A DNA stretch of 64,000 nt from Pedobacter sp. (GCA_050253415.1 JBFWJC010000002.1:64001-128000), one strand, 5' to 3'; positions 40,625-50,440 are shown, numbered from the stretch's first letter. Notes: generated by a model not told the origin, from the sequence alone. Numbers and translations: made by a program.

Positions 40625-42325
40625 TTAACTCTCCAGGCCTTTGCGCATAATCTGATGTCTCTGCCAATAGCGCCCCAGGGCGTCTTTGAGCTGCGACCGT
40701 TGTTTTCTGATTCCCGGCAGTTTTATCTTGGTGGTCTTGGCACCGAGCAACCCTTTTTCCGGGTGAATTATCTGGAGGATATCGCTACCGAAAGCATCTT
40801 CGTATTTCATGTTGGTCACGCTATCCCACGATAGAAGTTCATTTTCTTTTGGCAGGATCAGGCCCTTGTAACTTATGGTAATTCGCTTCCCGCCACGAAG
40901 CCCGAACTCCAGCGGCGGAAAATATTTGAGCACAATTTCTTCCTCGGATTCGTTCGCCGGCAGGAAACAATAGGCCAGTTTTTCCTCATGCGCCGAGGCA
41001 AAGCGGTTTTCGTAAAGCGCCCACAAAGCTTGTTCGATGTTGTCAGCGTTGGGAACATCGGGTATCCATGTGGTGTTTGCCGGCTGGGTAACGATCTGGC
41101 TGTAGTCTTGTTCGTTCACTTCAAAGCCAACGTTACGCATGCGTTCTCGCAGCGCAGGGTGAGAGTCGAAGGGGTGGGGGATGCTGGACTCACGCATCTC
41201 GTCGAGGAACTGCGCGGAAGCGGCATAGGGCGCTAAACCGGTAGCTATGCGATCGGCAATCTTGAGTTGGGACTCATGCCGATCTTCTTTGGCAAATAGT
41301 TTTTCCTCAATGACGTCACGGTAACGGGCGTAGCCGCTGATTTTGATCAAGGAGCGAACGAGCCCCTGTGCCGAAACCAAGGTGGCGGCAACATGGTCGG
41401 CAAGAAACTCGCGAGCGCGGCTATCGCGCTTGAGTGCAAACTCGAAGATCACCCGATACAGGCGAAGTACGTAGAAAGCAAGGATGGTGGCGCTTGCCGA
41501 GTACATCAAGGCACAATAAAAATCGTATTGGGCGAGTTTGGGGCCAAGCAGCGCGCTACTGGCTGTATCCCCGCCACGGAAGTGTGCCAATTCGTGCATG
41601 AGCACTGCATCGGCCTCACCGCGGTCGAGCAGGCGCAGCAAGGGTAAACTGACAAACAACGAGCGTCCGCTCAAAGTCCTGTCTTTGATACACAGCGGTG
41701 CTTCTGTGACGAAAAAATTCGTGTCGATACCCGCGACGATATTATCCGGAGGCGCTGTCCCGGCTTTTGCGGCCAGCTCGCGAACATGCGTCCAGATTGG
41801 CGAGGCATTACTTTCGTCGATCAATTCACCATCCAGGTTTGTAGCCTGGGGCACCTGTTTAAAAATGCAGACAACGGCGTGAAACACGCCCATGGCTGAG
41901 ATGATGGCGGCAATCCCGATCAGTTTCAGAAAATAGACCTTGAAAAAGAAAGCGGTAAGCCAAAAGGCCAACCAGACCAGCAACGCACCCTGTACAACGA
42001 TTTCGATAGCGCAGAACACCGTCAATAATCGCCACCCGGTCACGAAACTCAGATACTGCGTTCGGCGATTGGCAAACGCGGCGGCACCAAGAGAGCAGAT
42101 CGCTAGCAGCATGACAACCCCGGCAATCAAGATCGTCGTAGAGAGCTTGCCGGTGACCTGAAACTGCCACAAAGGCGAGAACGGCCTGGCGGCTATGTCG
42201 GTTGCCCCCGGAGGCAGGGCATAGCATACGAAGGACCATGCTATGAGAGGTACAAGGAACAGAGCCATCAAGGCTGATATGACGATCTTGATTAAATCTT
42301 TGCGCAGAGGGGCGGTGATGGACAT
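40625..42325 (-). CDS. M48 (HtpX/Ste24-like) membrane metallopeptidase
   Basis: N-terminal TMs; HELAH, REFLAD, SHP.L.ER. Confidence 0.85.
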   Translation of the reverse strand: MSITAPLRKDLIKIVISALMALFLVPLIAWSFVCYALPPGATDIAARPFSPLWQFQVTGKLSTTILIAGVVMLLAICSLGAAAFANRRTQYLSFVTGWRLLTVFCAIEIVVQGALLVWLAFWLTAFFFKVYFLKLIGIAAIISAMGVFHAVVCIFKQVPQATNLDGELIDESNASPIWTHVRELAAKAGTAPPDNIVAGIDTNFFVTEAPLCIKDRTLSGRSLFVSLPLLRLLDRGEADAVLMHELAHFRGGDTASSALLGPKLAQYDFYCALMYSASATILAFYVLRLYRVIFEFALKRDSRAREFLADHVAATLVSAQGLVRSLIKISGYARYRDVIEEKLFAKEDRHESQLKIADRIATGLAPYAASAQFLDEMRESSIPHPFDSHPALRERMRNVGFEVNEQDYSQIVTQPANTTWIPDVPNADNIEQALWALYENRFASAHEEKLAYCFLPANESEEEIVLKYFPPLEFGLRGGKRITISYKGLILPKENELLSWDSVTNMKYEDAFGSDILQIIHPEKGLLGAKTTKIKLPGIRKQRSQLKDALGRYWQRHQIMRKGLES

Positions 42326-42382
42326 GGCAAGGCTTCTCCCGTTTTTCGAGTTCTCTGGCTTCGTATTCAATGCTTGTTTTCT

Positions 42383-42552
42383 GGGGAAATTTAAAACTCA
42401 GGGACACTCCCCTGTTTTCTTTGGGTCACGTGATGTGGGTGTCCGGGGGCGACTATGCGAGCGATTATCGGCATGGGGGCAGGATAAAAGAAATCTAAAT
42501 TAGGGGCAATTAAATTTTATGTAAAATAGGGGGAGTGTCCCTGGTTTGTCCT
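42383..42552 (-). mobile_element. Internally deleted (MITE-like) derivative of the RAYT element at 45108-45869
   Basis: Same ends (cagggacactcccc / ggggagtgtccct), near-identical upstream region, and only about the first 18 transposase codons. Confidence 0.8.
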
Positions 42553-42590
42553 GGGAAATTGAGGGATACTCCCGAATGGCGCTGGTTTTC
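42553..42590 (+). repeat. REP-like repeat copy 1
   Basis: gggaaattgagggatactcccgaatggcgctggtttt; direct repeat at 44354-44390. Confidence 0.7.
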
Positions 42591-42667
42591 CTCTGCGGAA
42601 CGTCCCCTCTTGGCAAGTGAACTCCGAAGGCATATCTGGCGGCACAATGAGTCTCTGGGATGACCGG

Positions 42668-43246
42668 TTAGCTCAAAAGAAGCATGTCGGGCAAATTTTC
42701 AAAGACAAGTCGAACGTCATCGTATTGTTCGAGGACTCTTACGACTTCCGGATGCGGATTTGCCCATATTTCGGGTAAGTCCCGTTCTTCTCTGTCATGT
42801 ATCGAAAACGCAAGAGCCTCAACAGGAGGGGTGAATTTCGCATCAATCCCTGGCTTGTTGCCTCGGGCATCGATGCGGTACCATCCATATTCCTTTATGA
42901 ACACGGCGTTCAGTCCATGCAGGCAATATGGGGGCTCTTTATCATTCACAGATAAACGTTGATAACAGAGCCCAGTCGGGATTCCGTTTTTACGTAGCAG
43001 TGCTGCTAAAAGATGACTTTTGGCATAACAATAGCCTGTGCCGTAAAGCAGAACGTCCGAGGCGCGGCAAGTCACAGGGTTTAGTTTGTAATCCCAACTG
43101 TGCTTAATTTCGTCTCGAACGAATTCAAAGCAGCGTCGTATCAGGTCCTGTTCGCTCGAAGCCCCCTTCGCCAGTTGTGCTGCTTTTCGAATAATTTCAG
43201 GATTGTCAAAATCAATATATGTACTCTTTTGAAGATATTTATTCAT
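42668..43246 (-). CDS. Transglutaminase-like protein (putative gene cassette)
   Basis: GYCYAKSHL, HGLNA, IDARG triad motifs; stop codon lies within AGCTAAC (R'' box). Confidence 0.85.
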   Translation of the reverse strand: MNKYLQKSTYIDFDNPEIIRKAAQLAKGASSEQDLIRRCFEFVRDEIKHSWDYKLNPVTCRASDVLLYGTGYCYAKSHLLAALLRKNGIPTGLCYQRLSVNDKEPPYCLHGLNAVFIKEYGWYRIDARGNKPGIDAKFTPPVEALAFSIHDREERDLPEIWANPHPEVVRVLEQYDDVRLVFENLPDMLLLS

Positions 43247-43255
43247 AAGTGGCCT

Positions 43256-43352
43256 GGCTGACATGTGGGGTGAGGGGCGCGGGGGAGCCCAGTTCGGAAA
43301 AGGTACCATACCATTTTGTGGTCTTGCATCGACTGCATTGGCCTTGTCGGGT
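43256..43352 (-). other. Degenerate attC-like site between beta-lactamase and transglutaminase genes
   Basis: ACCCGAC..GTCAGCC variants of RYYYAAC..GTTRRRY; weak internal symmetry. Confidence 0.45.
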
Positions 43353-43354
43353 TT

Positions 43355-44230
43355 CTATCGATTTTTTAATAGAACATCGCAAGTGATTCGAGCTACATCA
43401 GCAATAACCGCACTTTTTGTGTCGTTGGAAGCGGCAGACCCCGTATAAAACACCGTGACAATGAAAGGATCAAGTCCTCTGGGAAAAACAATTGCAACGT
43501 CGTTGCTTGCTCCATTTCCCCCGCTTCCAGTCTTGTCACCGACTACCCAAAAATTGTCGAAACCCGCTCGGAGTTTTTTCGCCCCAGTCGTATTCCCAAA
43601 CATCCATGCCTTGAGTTGTTCTTTGGATGCGGGCGAAAGGTAATCACCCATCAAAATCTTATGGAGCGTTTCAGCCATCGCCTTTGGGGTGCTGGTATCA
43701 CGTAAGTCACCTGGTATGTTCGTATTCAAAGACGGCTCATTTCGATCTAAACGCGTTGTGTTGTCGCCGATGGAGCGAAGGTACTCTGTAAGTGCTTTGG
43801 GGCCACCTATCGCATCAAGGAGTAAGTTGGCAGCCGTATTGTCGCTGTATTGAATGGATGCGGCGTTCAATTCGGACACCGTCATATGTCCTGTACTTAG
43901 GTTGTCTTTTGTAATTGGCGCATACTCAAGAATATCACTTGATTTATAAGATATTGGTCTATCCAGAGCCTCCATATTTGTATCGACTCTGGACAGAATG
44001 GCAGCCCCTAACAAAGCTTTGAACGTACTGCACATCGCAAATCGCTCGTTTTCTCGATAAGAAAGAAGCGGTGTTCCATTAGCCGAAATGACCGAAACAC
44101 CAATCCGTCCACTACTTTCATTCTCAAGCGTTGAAATTCTAGATGTAAATTCTTTCGACGGAACCGGTTCTTCCGAAGCTAATGCCAGTGATGTGAGCAG
44201 AATCATAAACAAAGTTAAGACATATCGCAT
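43355..44230 (-). CDS. bla: Class A serine beta-lactamase (putative gene cassette)
   Basis: Signal peptide; CSTFK, SDN, EPSLN, KTG; GTTAGGT core site at 44269-44275 upstream. Confidence 0.95.
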   Translation of the reverse strand: MRYVLTLFMILLTSLALASEEPVPSKEFTSRISTLENESSGRIGVSVISANGTPLLSYRENERFAMCSTFKALLGAAILSRVDTNMEALDRPISYKSSDILEYAPITKDNLSTGHMTVSELNAASIQYSDNTAANLLLDAIGGPKALTEYLRSIGDNTTRLDRNEPSLNTNIPGDLRDTSTPKAMAETLHKILMGDYLSPASKEQLKAWMFGNTTGAKKLRAGFDNFWVVGDKTGSGGNGASNDVAIVFPRGLDPFIVTVFYTGSAASNDTKSAVIADVARITCDVLLKNR

Positions 44231-44353
44231 AAATTTGACTTCCTTGAGGGTAGAACGGTTTGGCCTAAACCTAACGAGCCTGTAGGAAAACCCCACAACT
44301 CTCTCGATTGATAAAAATCAGTCCCGGAATTTTATATCAAATCCATTTTTCTT

Positions 44354-44390
44354 GGGGGAAATTTAGGGATATCCGAATGGCGCTCGTTTT
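44354..44390 (+). repeat. REP-like repeat copy 2
   Basis: ggggaaatttagggatatccgaatggcgctcgtttt. Confidence 0.7.
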
Positions 44391-44557
44391 AAAAACAACA
44401 GGAACCCTTCGCATATTTTTCATTGCCACGAACCCTTGCTTGCGATAGCATCTCCGCCATTTCCAGCACTGCCGAATCATAGCAGCCGGTCACCCGCTCA
44501 TTTCACACGGCACGACAACGATCGCGCCGTAGCCTGTTTGCAGTTGAATTTCCTGAC

Positions 44558-45082
44558 ATGACCAACGACTCCTATATCACCTATCGCCCCATCGGCATCC
44601 TGCGATCCCCCTATACCCGGCGCATTGATGCACCTCATCAAAGCACAGTGGTGGAAGGCACTGAAACCGGAGCGTTGGCCACAGCTACCCTGGAACTTCA
44701 GGATTGGCTGGACGAGAAAGTCATCCAAGATCTGGCCGGCTTCGAGCGACTTTGGCTCATCTTCGACTTTAATCGGAGTGAAGGCTGGAAAAGCAGCGTC
44801 AAACCGCCCCGGGGTGGACCGAAGCGGGGTGTTCTGGCCACCCGCTCCCCTCATCGTCCCAATTCCATCGGCCTTTCGGCGGTGGAATTGGTCAAGATCG
44901 AAGGCAGGACGCTGCACCTTCGCGGCGTGGATCTCCTGGATGGCACCCCTGTTCTGGATATCAAACCCTACGTGCCCTACGCGGACGCCTTTCCCGACGC
45001 CAAGGCCGGCTGGATCGACGATCTGGATGAAAAGCTGGGACGTCATTCCGCGCCAGGACCTCGCAGGCCCAGGGGTGGGTAA
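44558..45082 (+). CDS. trmO: tRNA (t6A37)-methyltransferase TrmO/TsaA
   Basis: GVLATRSPHRPNSIGLS, DLLDGTPVLDIKPY. Confidence 0.92.
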   Translation: MTNDSYITYRPIGILRSPYTRRIDAPHQSTVVEGTETGALATATLELQDWLDEKVIQDLAGFERLWLIFDFNRSEGWKSSVKPPRGGPKRGVLATRSPHRPNSIGLSAVELVKIEGRTLHLRGVDLLDGTPVLDIKPYVPYADAFPDAKAGWIDDLDEKLGRHSAPGPRRPRGG

Positions 45083-45107
45083 GAACGCTGTCGTGGCCTT
45101 GCCTATC

Positions 45108-45869
45108 GGGAAATTCAGGGACACTTCCCTGTTTTCTTTCTGGCCTTCCTAGTTTACTCAACCTCAATACTTGATTCAGTTGCAGTTCCATTTTTTCAAT
45201 AAATACATCTGATCCGAAGGGGCGTCCTGATCTGGTAGCTTTGCGTAGCAAATTTTCTGTTTGTTCGTCTTCTTGCGACACAAATCTGGCGTAGGCTTCC
45301 CTGTTATCCAGAGAGAGCCAAGAAGGCTCAGTCAGCAGGTCATCCTTTGTACCGTTAATATGAGTTTTTGCACTGGACCAGCGATAAATTTCTGCCCTGT
45401 CGGCAAGTCCTGCTTTCACCGGATTATTTTCGATGTAGCGTGCAACAGACCAGAGGTATGCGTCATCTTCAACGATGCAGGAAAAAAAGCGATTCTGCCA
45501 AATTCGACCACCCTGTTTCAACTTTCGATTCAAGTATTGGGTATAGACCTGAGTAGTCAGGCCGACGCCACGTGAAAGGGAGTCTTCCTTATCGGGAACC
45601 GCAAGAGGTGCACATGGTTGTCCGTCAGACAGTAGGCCCAAAGTTGTAAAGAGTGCCGCCTAGAGTATTTATGAAGGAGTTTCAGATAAGTATGGCGATC
45701 CTCATCATCGAAAAAGGTCACAGGGCGATTGTTGCCACGTTGGGTCACGTAATGTGGGTGTCCAGGGGCGACTAAGCGAGCGATTCTTTTCATAGAGGAA
45801 GGATAAAAGAAATATAAATTAGAGGCAATTAAATTTTATATAAAATAGGGGGAGTGTCCCTAATTTTCC
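45108..45869 (-). mobile_element. REP-associated tyrosine transposase (Y1/HUH) element 1, frameshifted
   Basis: ORFs 45557-45793 (VTQRGNNR, NHVHLL) and 44961-45641 (WQNRF, YIENNPVKAG) join by a 1-nt shift near 45605; terminal IRs ggaaattcagggacacttccc / ggggagtgtccctaattttcc. Confidence 0.88.
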
Positions 45870-45973
45870 TACAACGACACTGATGAAGGGCGACGGCACA
45901 CCGTGACAGACAGCACCGCATTTTTCGGGCAGCAGCCAGGCCCCTTTCGTCCCGCTCGATCAATTGGTTAGAC
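45869..45973 (-). other. attC site
   Basis: Minus strand GTCTAAC...GTTGTAG with imperfect internal dyad; directly abuts the RAYT IR. Confidence 0.7.
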
Positions 45974-46547
45974 GATTACTTTAAATGCAAGAAACAGTTC
46001 TTCTTCCGGCACAAACTTATGCAAGGTTTTGCTCAAAATGGTTATTGAGTTAAAGCATTTATTTACTGTTTCCTGCCCGTTGGTTAAGTAGTCTGACTAC
46101 ATTTTTAGCAAGGCTTCGGCGTCAATTTCGCCGTTTCTGAACGGTATCGCCTTAGATTTTGGATGTATAAGCTTGTTTTGTATTTTGAATAGAAAGTCTA
46201 GGGTTTCGTATGCTTGCTGGTCTTTCGGAAAGTCTTTCCTGCAATCATTTTGATTAAAACTATGCATTTAGAGAATGTATCGAGTTTGTCGATATGTTTA
46301 CTAAAAAAGGAATCGCCCCAATTTATGGAAGCGTAATCGTTGACAAAAGATTCTAGGTCCATTGCAGTGAAGACAATCGTTTTTATGCCAGAGTTCTCTC
46401 TGGATTTTCCTATTTCGAAATAAAGGTAAGAATCTTCTTCTAGGGTTGGCTCACGGTCTAGTGAAAATGACTCATCAAAAAAATTTTTTCACTTGAGGGA
46501 AATTTTATATAGGTCCACCAGAAAGAATTTTATCTTGCGTAGCTCAT
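45968..46547 (-). pseudogene. Decayed HEPN-like cassette gene
   Basis: Manual translation SGIKTIVFTAMDLESFVNDYA...IQNKLIHPK with two stops and frameshifts; resembles 54214-54834. Confidence 0.7.
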
Positions 46548-46559
46548 AATTATTCTTTC

Positions 46560-46642
46560 GTCTAAAGCCGCCAACACGTGCGGCCTTAGAGTGGAGGCGA
46601 ATCCGAAACGGAAAGACCGTCACGTACTTGGCATTGTTATGC
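46560..46642 (-). other. attC site (G of R' box mutated to T)
   Basis: GCATAAC-aatgccaagtacgtg...cacgtgttggcggc-TTTAGAC. Confidence 0.75.
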
Positions 46643-46712
46643 TGCTTGCAGACAATATTATTCTATGAAAATAGGAAAATAACGGCCAAGCATCTTAGCC
46701 AGTTTAAAGAAG

Positions 46713-47453
46713 TCATGATTTCCTAAACACTAAAACATTTGATCTAAACAATTTAAAAAGAAAAGAAATTACTTTGCTATTGCACGCTAAGGAGTATTTC
46801 CCAGAGCGGTAGTACTTTAATATCAAACTTCCGTGATTTCCTAAGTACTCAAAACCGCTTTTTTCAAATGCCTCAACAATAGCGCTATTACTTCGATATT
46901 CAGTGTATTTTCTCACATACTGTAAGGCTTCTTCAGGATTAGTTTTGAATTTCTCTCTAAAAAATCCAAATCTAGCACACATATTATAATAAATCTTATT
47001 TTTTAATATTCCACCGAACGGAACTCCTACATGAGGCTCAAGAATAGAGTATTTGGAAGGAAAGTAGTGTATTACTAATCCACCTGTTCTAAGTATGCGT
47101 GAATTTTCAGATATAAAATCATCAATGTTTTTAACATGCTCTAGCACAGCTCTGCTAGCCACAACGTTAAATATACAATCTTCGAAAGGCCAAATATATT
47201 GATCTTCCGAACTTCGAATGCTTGATCTAGAGGTAGCCGACATTCTAATCTTTTTGATGTAGCCCTCATCCAGCAGTTTTTTTGTATGCGGTCCTAGTTT
47301 AAATTCAACGTCCGTACCGAAAGTCGTATAACCCTTTTTTTTCAACTCTATGACGTTTCCGCCGTTCCCACAACCTACATCTAGGATTGAAATATCGTGT
47401 TTGCTAGTATTTGCATAGGATCGAATTAGCTCCTCTAAAATTTCAAGGTACAT
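46713..47453 (-). CDS. Class I SAM-dependent methyltransferase (cassette)
   Basis: ILDVGCGNG, VLEHV, RILRTGG; AT-rich, bounded by attC sites. Confidence 0.85.
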   Translation of the reverse strand: MYLEILEELIRSYANTSKHDISILDVGCGNGGNVIELKKKGYTTFGTDVEFKLGPHTKKLLDEGYIKKIRMSATSRSSIRSSEDQYIWPFEDCIFNVVASRAVLEHVKNIDDFISENSRILRTGGLVIHYFPSKYSILEPHVGVPFGGILKNKIYYNMCARFGFFREKFKTNPEEALQYVRKYTEYRSNSAIVEAFEKSGFEYLGNHGSLILKYYRSGKYSLACNSKVISFLFKLFRSNVLVFRKS

Positions 47454-47510
47454 GCTTTCTTATTCCATAAAATATATTTTAATTACGCACTTGGCGCATT
47501 GAAAAACTTA

Positions 47511-47625
47511 GCACAACGGTTCATGATAACTGGCGGCGACGAATTGTTCGAACAACACCGCAATTTAGTTTTGCTTTTCAATTTAGCGCAGACGTATTTT
47601 CCGTCGGTTGATTAGTTTGTTAGCC
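47511..47625 (-). other. attC site
   Basis: GGCTAAC...GTTGTGC with dyad symmetry; homologous to 54110-54227. Confidence 0.8.
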
Positions 47626-48243
47626 CAATGGAATGTTTTGCAAAAGAGAATTTAGTGACTTTGAACCTGTAGGGCTGAGTAGCCATATGAAACCAAATAA
47701 GTTCAAAACCACGGTTACCCAAAATATGAATCTGAAGGATTCTTTTTTTGTCTTATGTCGTAAATTTTGCTGAGCGACTAATGCACCAGGCCAACCGCCA
47801 GCTAATGAAAACTTGTGCAAAGTGCTTTCCTGGATTCTCCATTTGCCTTTTTTGGAAGCGGACTTGTCCAATGCGTAGGCAATATATGTGAGGATGCTTA
47901 ACGATATGTAAATAATAAGGATGTGTATTGGAAGCTTCCCGCTTAGCACCGTAGCTGCCACAGTTCCCATAAATAGTATCGCTAATGCAAATGGAAATTT
48001 AGCCGAACTTTTGTTTTCGTACCTAACAGATCTTTCCTCTGCGCGAGTTGCGTTTATGGCACATTGACGACCTTTTTTGTCTATGGATTCACTGTAATTG
48101 ACTTTTTGACCGATCTCGGGTTGGCGGTAACGGTTGCTGAAGTCTTTGATATGGACAAAGATTTGTTTTCCACCAGAAGCGGGTAAAATAAAGCCGAATC
48201 CTTTGTCTTTGTTCCACGACGCGATGGTCCCTCTTTTTCTCAT
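47620..48243 (-). CDS. Cold-shock domain + DUF1294 protein (cassette)
   Basis: WNKDKGFGFI, IFVHI; DK.A....WRI.E.TL, GGWPGA, RHKT.K..F; stop within the R'' box. Confidence 0.9.
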   Translation of the reverse strand: MRKRGTIASWNKDKGFGFILPASGGKQIFVHIKDFSNRYRQPEIGQKVNYSESIDKKGRQCAINATRAEERSVRYENKSSAKFPFALAILFMGTVAATVLSGKLPIHILIIYISLSILTYIAYALDKSASKKGKWRIQESTLHKFSLAGGWPGALVAQQNLRHKTKKESFRFIFWVTVVLNLFGFIWLLSPTGSKSLNSLLQNIPLG

Positions 48244-48259
48244 ATCATTTTCTTTTAAG

Positions 48260-48338
48260 GGCTAACGTTAAGTTCACCGACGGCGTTCACGCCGTCCGAG
48301 CGTAGCGCAGCAAAGCGGTGTGCAACGATTGGTTAGCA
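48260..48338 (-). other. attC site
   Basis: TGCTAAC-caatcgttgcacaccg...cggtgaacttaac-GTTAGCC, clear dyad with extrahelical base. Confidence 0.85.
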
Positions 48339-48395
48339 AATTTTATTAATGGTTGCACTTGTTGATGTTTAATCACTATTTATCATTTTTAGAAA

Positions 48396-48688
48396 ATTTA
48401 TAATAAATTACAAAGCTAAATAGTGAAACTATCAATAAAGACAAAAATGAAAGTAAGCGACTTTTTGAGTAGTAAACTCTGGCAAGCTCCATTTGACTTT
48501 GCGTTGAATAATATGTTACCCAAGCATCACTTTCGATAAACCCAATGGAGTATTTGCTTCTATTTATTTGCCGAACTTCAAAGCCTCTACCTTCTTATCT
48601 CATCCCCTTTGAGTCCTGTCTTTTCAGCCATTGAGACAATTCATCTCTACCTGGAAATCGCTGTTGGTTTGCTGGGTTTGTGGGGTTT
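48396..48688 (-). pseudogene. 5'-truncated cassette ORF remnant with internal stop and C-terminal TM
   Basis: Manual translation ..FPGRDELSQWLKRQDSKGMR*EGRG...LLSFLSLLIVSLFSFVIYYKFSKNDK*; cut by the RAYT-2 end. Confidence 0.5.
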
Positions 48689-49616
48689 GGGGTCGGACCA
48701 AGCTAACCTGTTGAATCCATAAACAAAATATCAAGAAAATAGCTGTTATTCGAGCTTAAAACCACCTTTTGGGGACCAAAATCAACCCTGTAAGGTTCAG
48801 ATGCCTCCCTCAACACACATCGGTCGGCCTCTAGTTGCTCGATTTTTCTTCCCAGCCCCTGCCTACCAAGCCTAGTCTTTATATCTTCAATAAATCCCAT
48901 ACCACCAACAGCGATACTCTCAGTCCAGAAACTTTCCCTTTGATGATTTCTGTCGCTAATGGCCGCATCGACCCATTGCCGGTGCTGCCTGGAAAACTCC
49001 TTGGAGTCCGAAAATCCGCAAAGGTTCCTTAAGCCCGCCTGGTCAATCACACCATACCGTTCAGGCGGATTCTGGATCTCGTTGTAGCCACACATATCCC
49101 ATTCCGATGGATGATTCACCACACCAGCGCGGACCATGTTGAGGTCCATATAAACAAGGCATCTGACAAGGTGTTCATTCCGCTCAACAGCTGTAGCGTG
49201 ATAACGGTCTTCCCAGAACGCTCCCTTGCGCTTTTTGCGTTGATTGAATTCTTGGGCGGTTCGGCTGGCAATCAGTTGCAGGCTTTTTGGAATGACATCC
49301 GGGCTATCATCAATGACCAATAGATGGATATGATTGGACGTGACGACATAATTTAATATTCTCAAGCCAAAGCGTTTCTTGGCTTCAAACAGCCAGGACT
49401 TCCAACGTCTTCTGTCCTTGGCGAATTTGAGGAGGAACTCTTTTTTATGGCAACGATGGGTGATATGCCATACCTGCCCGGGAATATGATGTCGGTTTGC
49501 TCTTGCCATTCTTAGACATCTCTTTTTGCCAGTGAAAACGCGTCGCTAAGATCAAATAAAGGGAAAAATAAGCCTATTTTCCGAATCATTACAGTTGTTT
49601 AGCTTGGTCCGGCCCC
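48689..49616 (-). mobile_element. REP-associated tyrosine transposase element 2 with 18-bp terminal inverted repeats
   Basis: ggggtcggaccaagctaa / ttagcttggtccggcccc (17 of 18 match); no target duplication seen. Confidence 0.85.
48703..49509 (-). CDS. RAYT / Y1 HUH transposase, apparently intact
   Basis: HITHRC, NHIHLL (HUH), FWEDRYH, YMDLNMVRAG. Confidence 0.9.
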   Translation of the reverse strand: MARANRHHIPGQVWHITHRCHKKEFLLKFAKDRRRWKSWLFEAKKRFGLRILNYVVTSNHIHLLVIDDSPDVIPKSLQLIASRTAQEFNQRKKRKGAFWEDRYHATAVERNEHLVRCLVYMDLNMVRAGVVNHPSEWDMCGYNEIQNPPERYGVIDQAGLRNLCGFSDSKEFSRQHRQWVDAAISDRNHQRESFWTESIAVGGMGFIEDIKTRLGRQGLGRKIEQLEADRCVLREASEPYRVDFGPQKVVLSSNNSYFLDILFMDSTG

Positions 49617-50387
49617 GACAAAACCGCTTTCTACACTTAACATTCGATCTAGCAATATTTTGTGAATGGCAGAAATTGCCATTTCGACCATTATTGCCAT
49701 CTTACCGATTTCGAGATTTAGATCGTCACTATAATCTAATATTTGCAATGCTAATATTGCACGATTGCAACTGTTTTTTAAGTCATGTAACCGACATCTT
49801 TCATCCGTTTTAAGGGTAGCGGATCGAACTGCATAAAACTCCTGTGCAGCCAGGAACAATTCTTCAATTATTTTAAAGGTATGCTTTAATTCGCGTCGAT
49901 TCAAAAGTATAGTGTGATCATGTCGAAATTGGAGATTATATGCCTTGAAATAGGCATTCCTTAGATCTGTCCATGCTGTCAAAATTGATTCTTCAGAGAT
50001 TGCAGTTCTGATATCTTCAATAGTACAATTAGTGTCTTGCTTAGAAACTATTATATGTAATCTTGTGTTAAGAGGAATTGGTAAGGACAAATAGTTAAGT
50101 GATATTAGTAAAGGATGCGCTTTGTATTGTGATTTAATTAACTCATCAATATCATCTTGAGTTATATTAAGAATTTTAAGTGACTGTTTAGCCACAAGGG
50201 AATATTTAAAGTATGTATCCATTGAGTTTGTTGGTTTACTTATTTGTTGTTCGACTTTATTTTTTGTAGCCTTTAAGGCGCGACGTCTTAAAAATTTCAA
50301 GAAATAAGAGGATGCAGAGACGACTAATACTGTCCCTGCACCGCTAAATATCCAGTCCTTTGCGTCAATAACCCAATCAAGTGACAT
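49599..50387 (-). CDS. Hypothetical cassette protein with N-terminal TM; 3' end supplied by RAYT-2 IR
   Basis: KDWIFSGAGTVLVV N-terminal anchor; final GAGPS* encoded by the IR. Confidence 0.7.
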   Translation of the reverse strand: MSLDWVIDAKDWIFSGAGTVLVVSASSYFLKFLRRRALKATKNKVEQQISKPTNSMDTYFKYSLVAKQSLKILNITQDDIDELIKSQYKAHPLLISLNYLSLPIPLNTRLHIIVSKQDTNCTIEDIRTAISEESILTAWTDLRNAYFKAYNLQFRHDHTILLNRRELKHTFKIIEELFLAAQEFYAVRSATLKTDERCRLHDLKNSCNRAILALQILDYSDDLNLEIGKMAIMVEMAISAIHKILLDRMLSVESGFVGAGPS

Positions 50388-50440
50388 TTAATCACCTCTC
50401 GCCAATATTGACAAATTCATTCCATACTCATAGTCTTATT

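Noticed and set aside
40625..42325. M48 peptidase as an additional cassette
   Set aside because: Co-oriented and adjacent to the array, but no attC or matching R boxes found at its ends.
43355..44230. KPC/SME-like carbapenemase
   Set aside because: Cys69 is present but the KTGSGG segment lacks the partner Cys238; substrate spectrum cannot be inferred from sequence.
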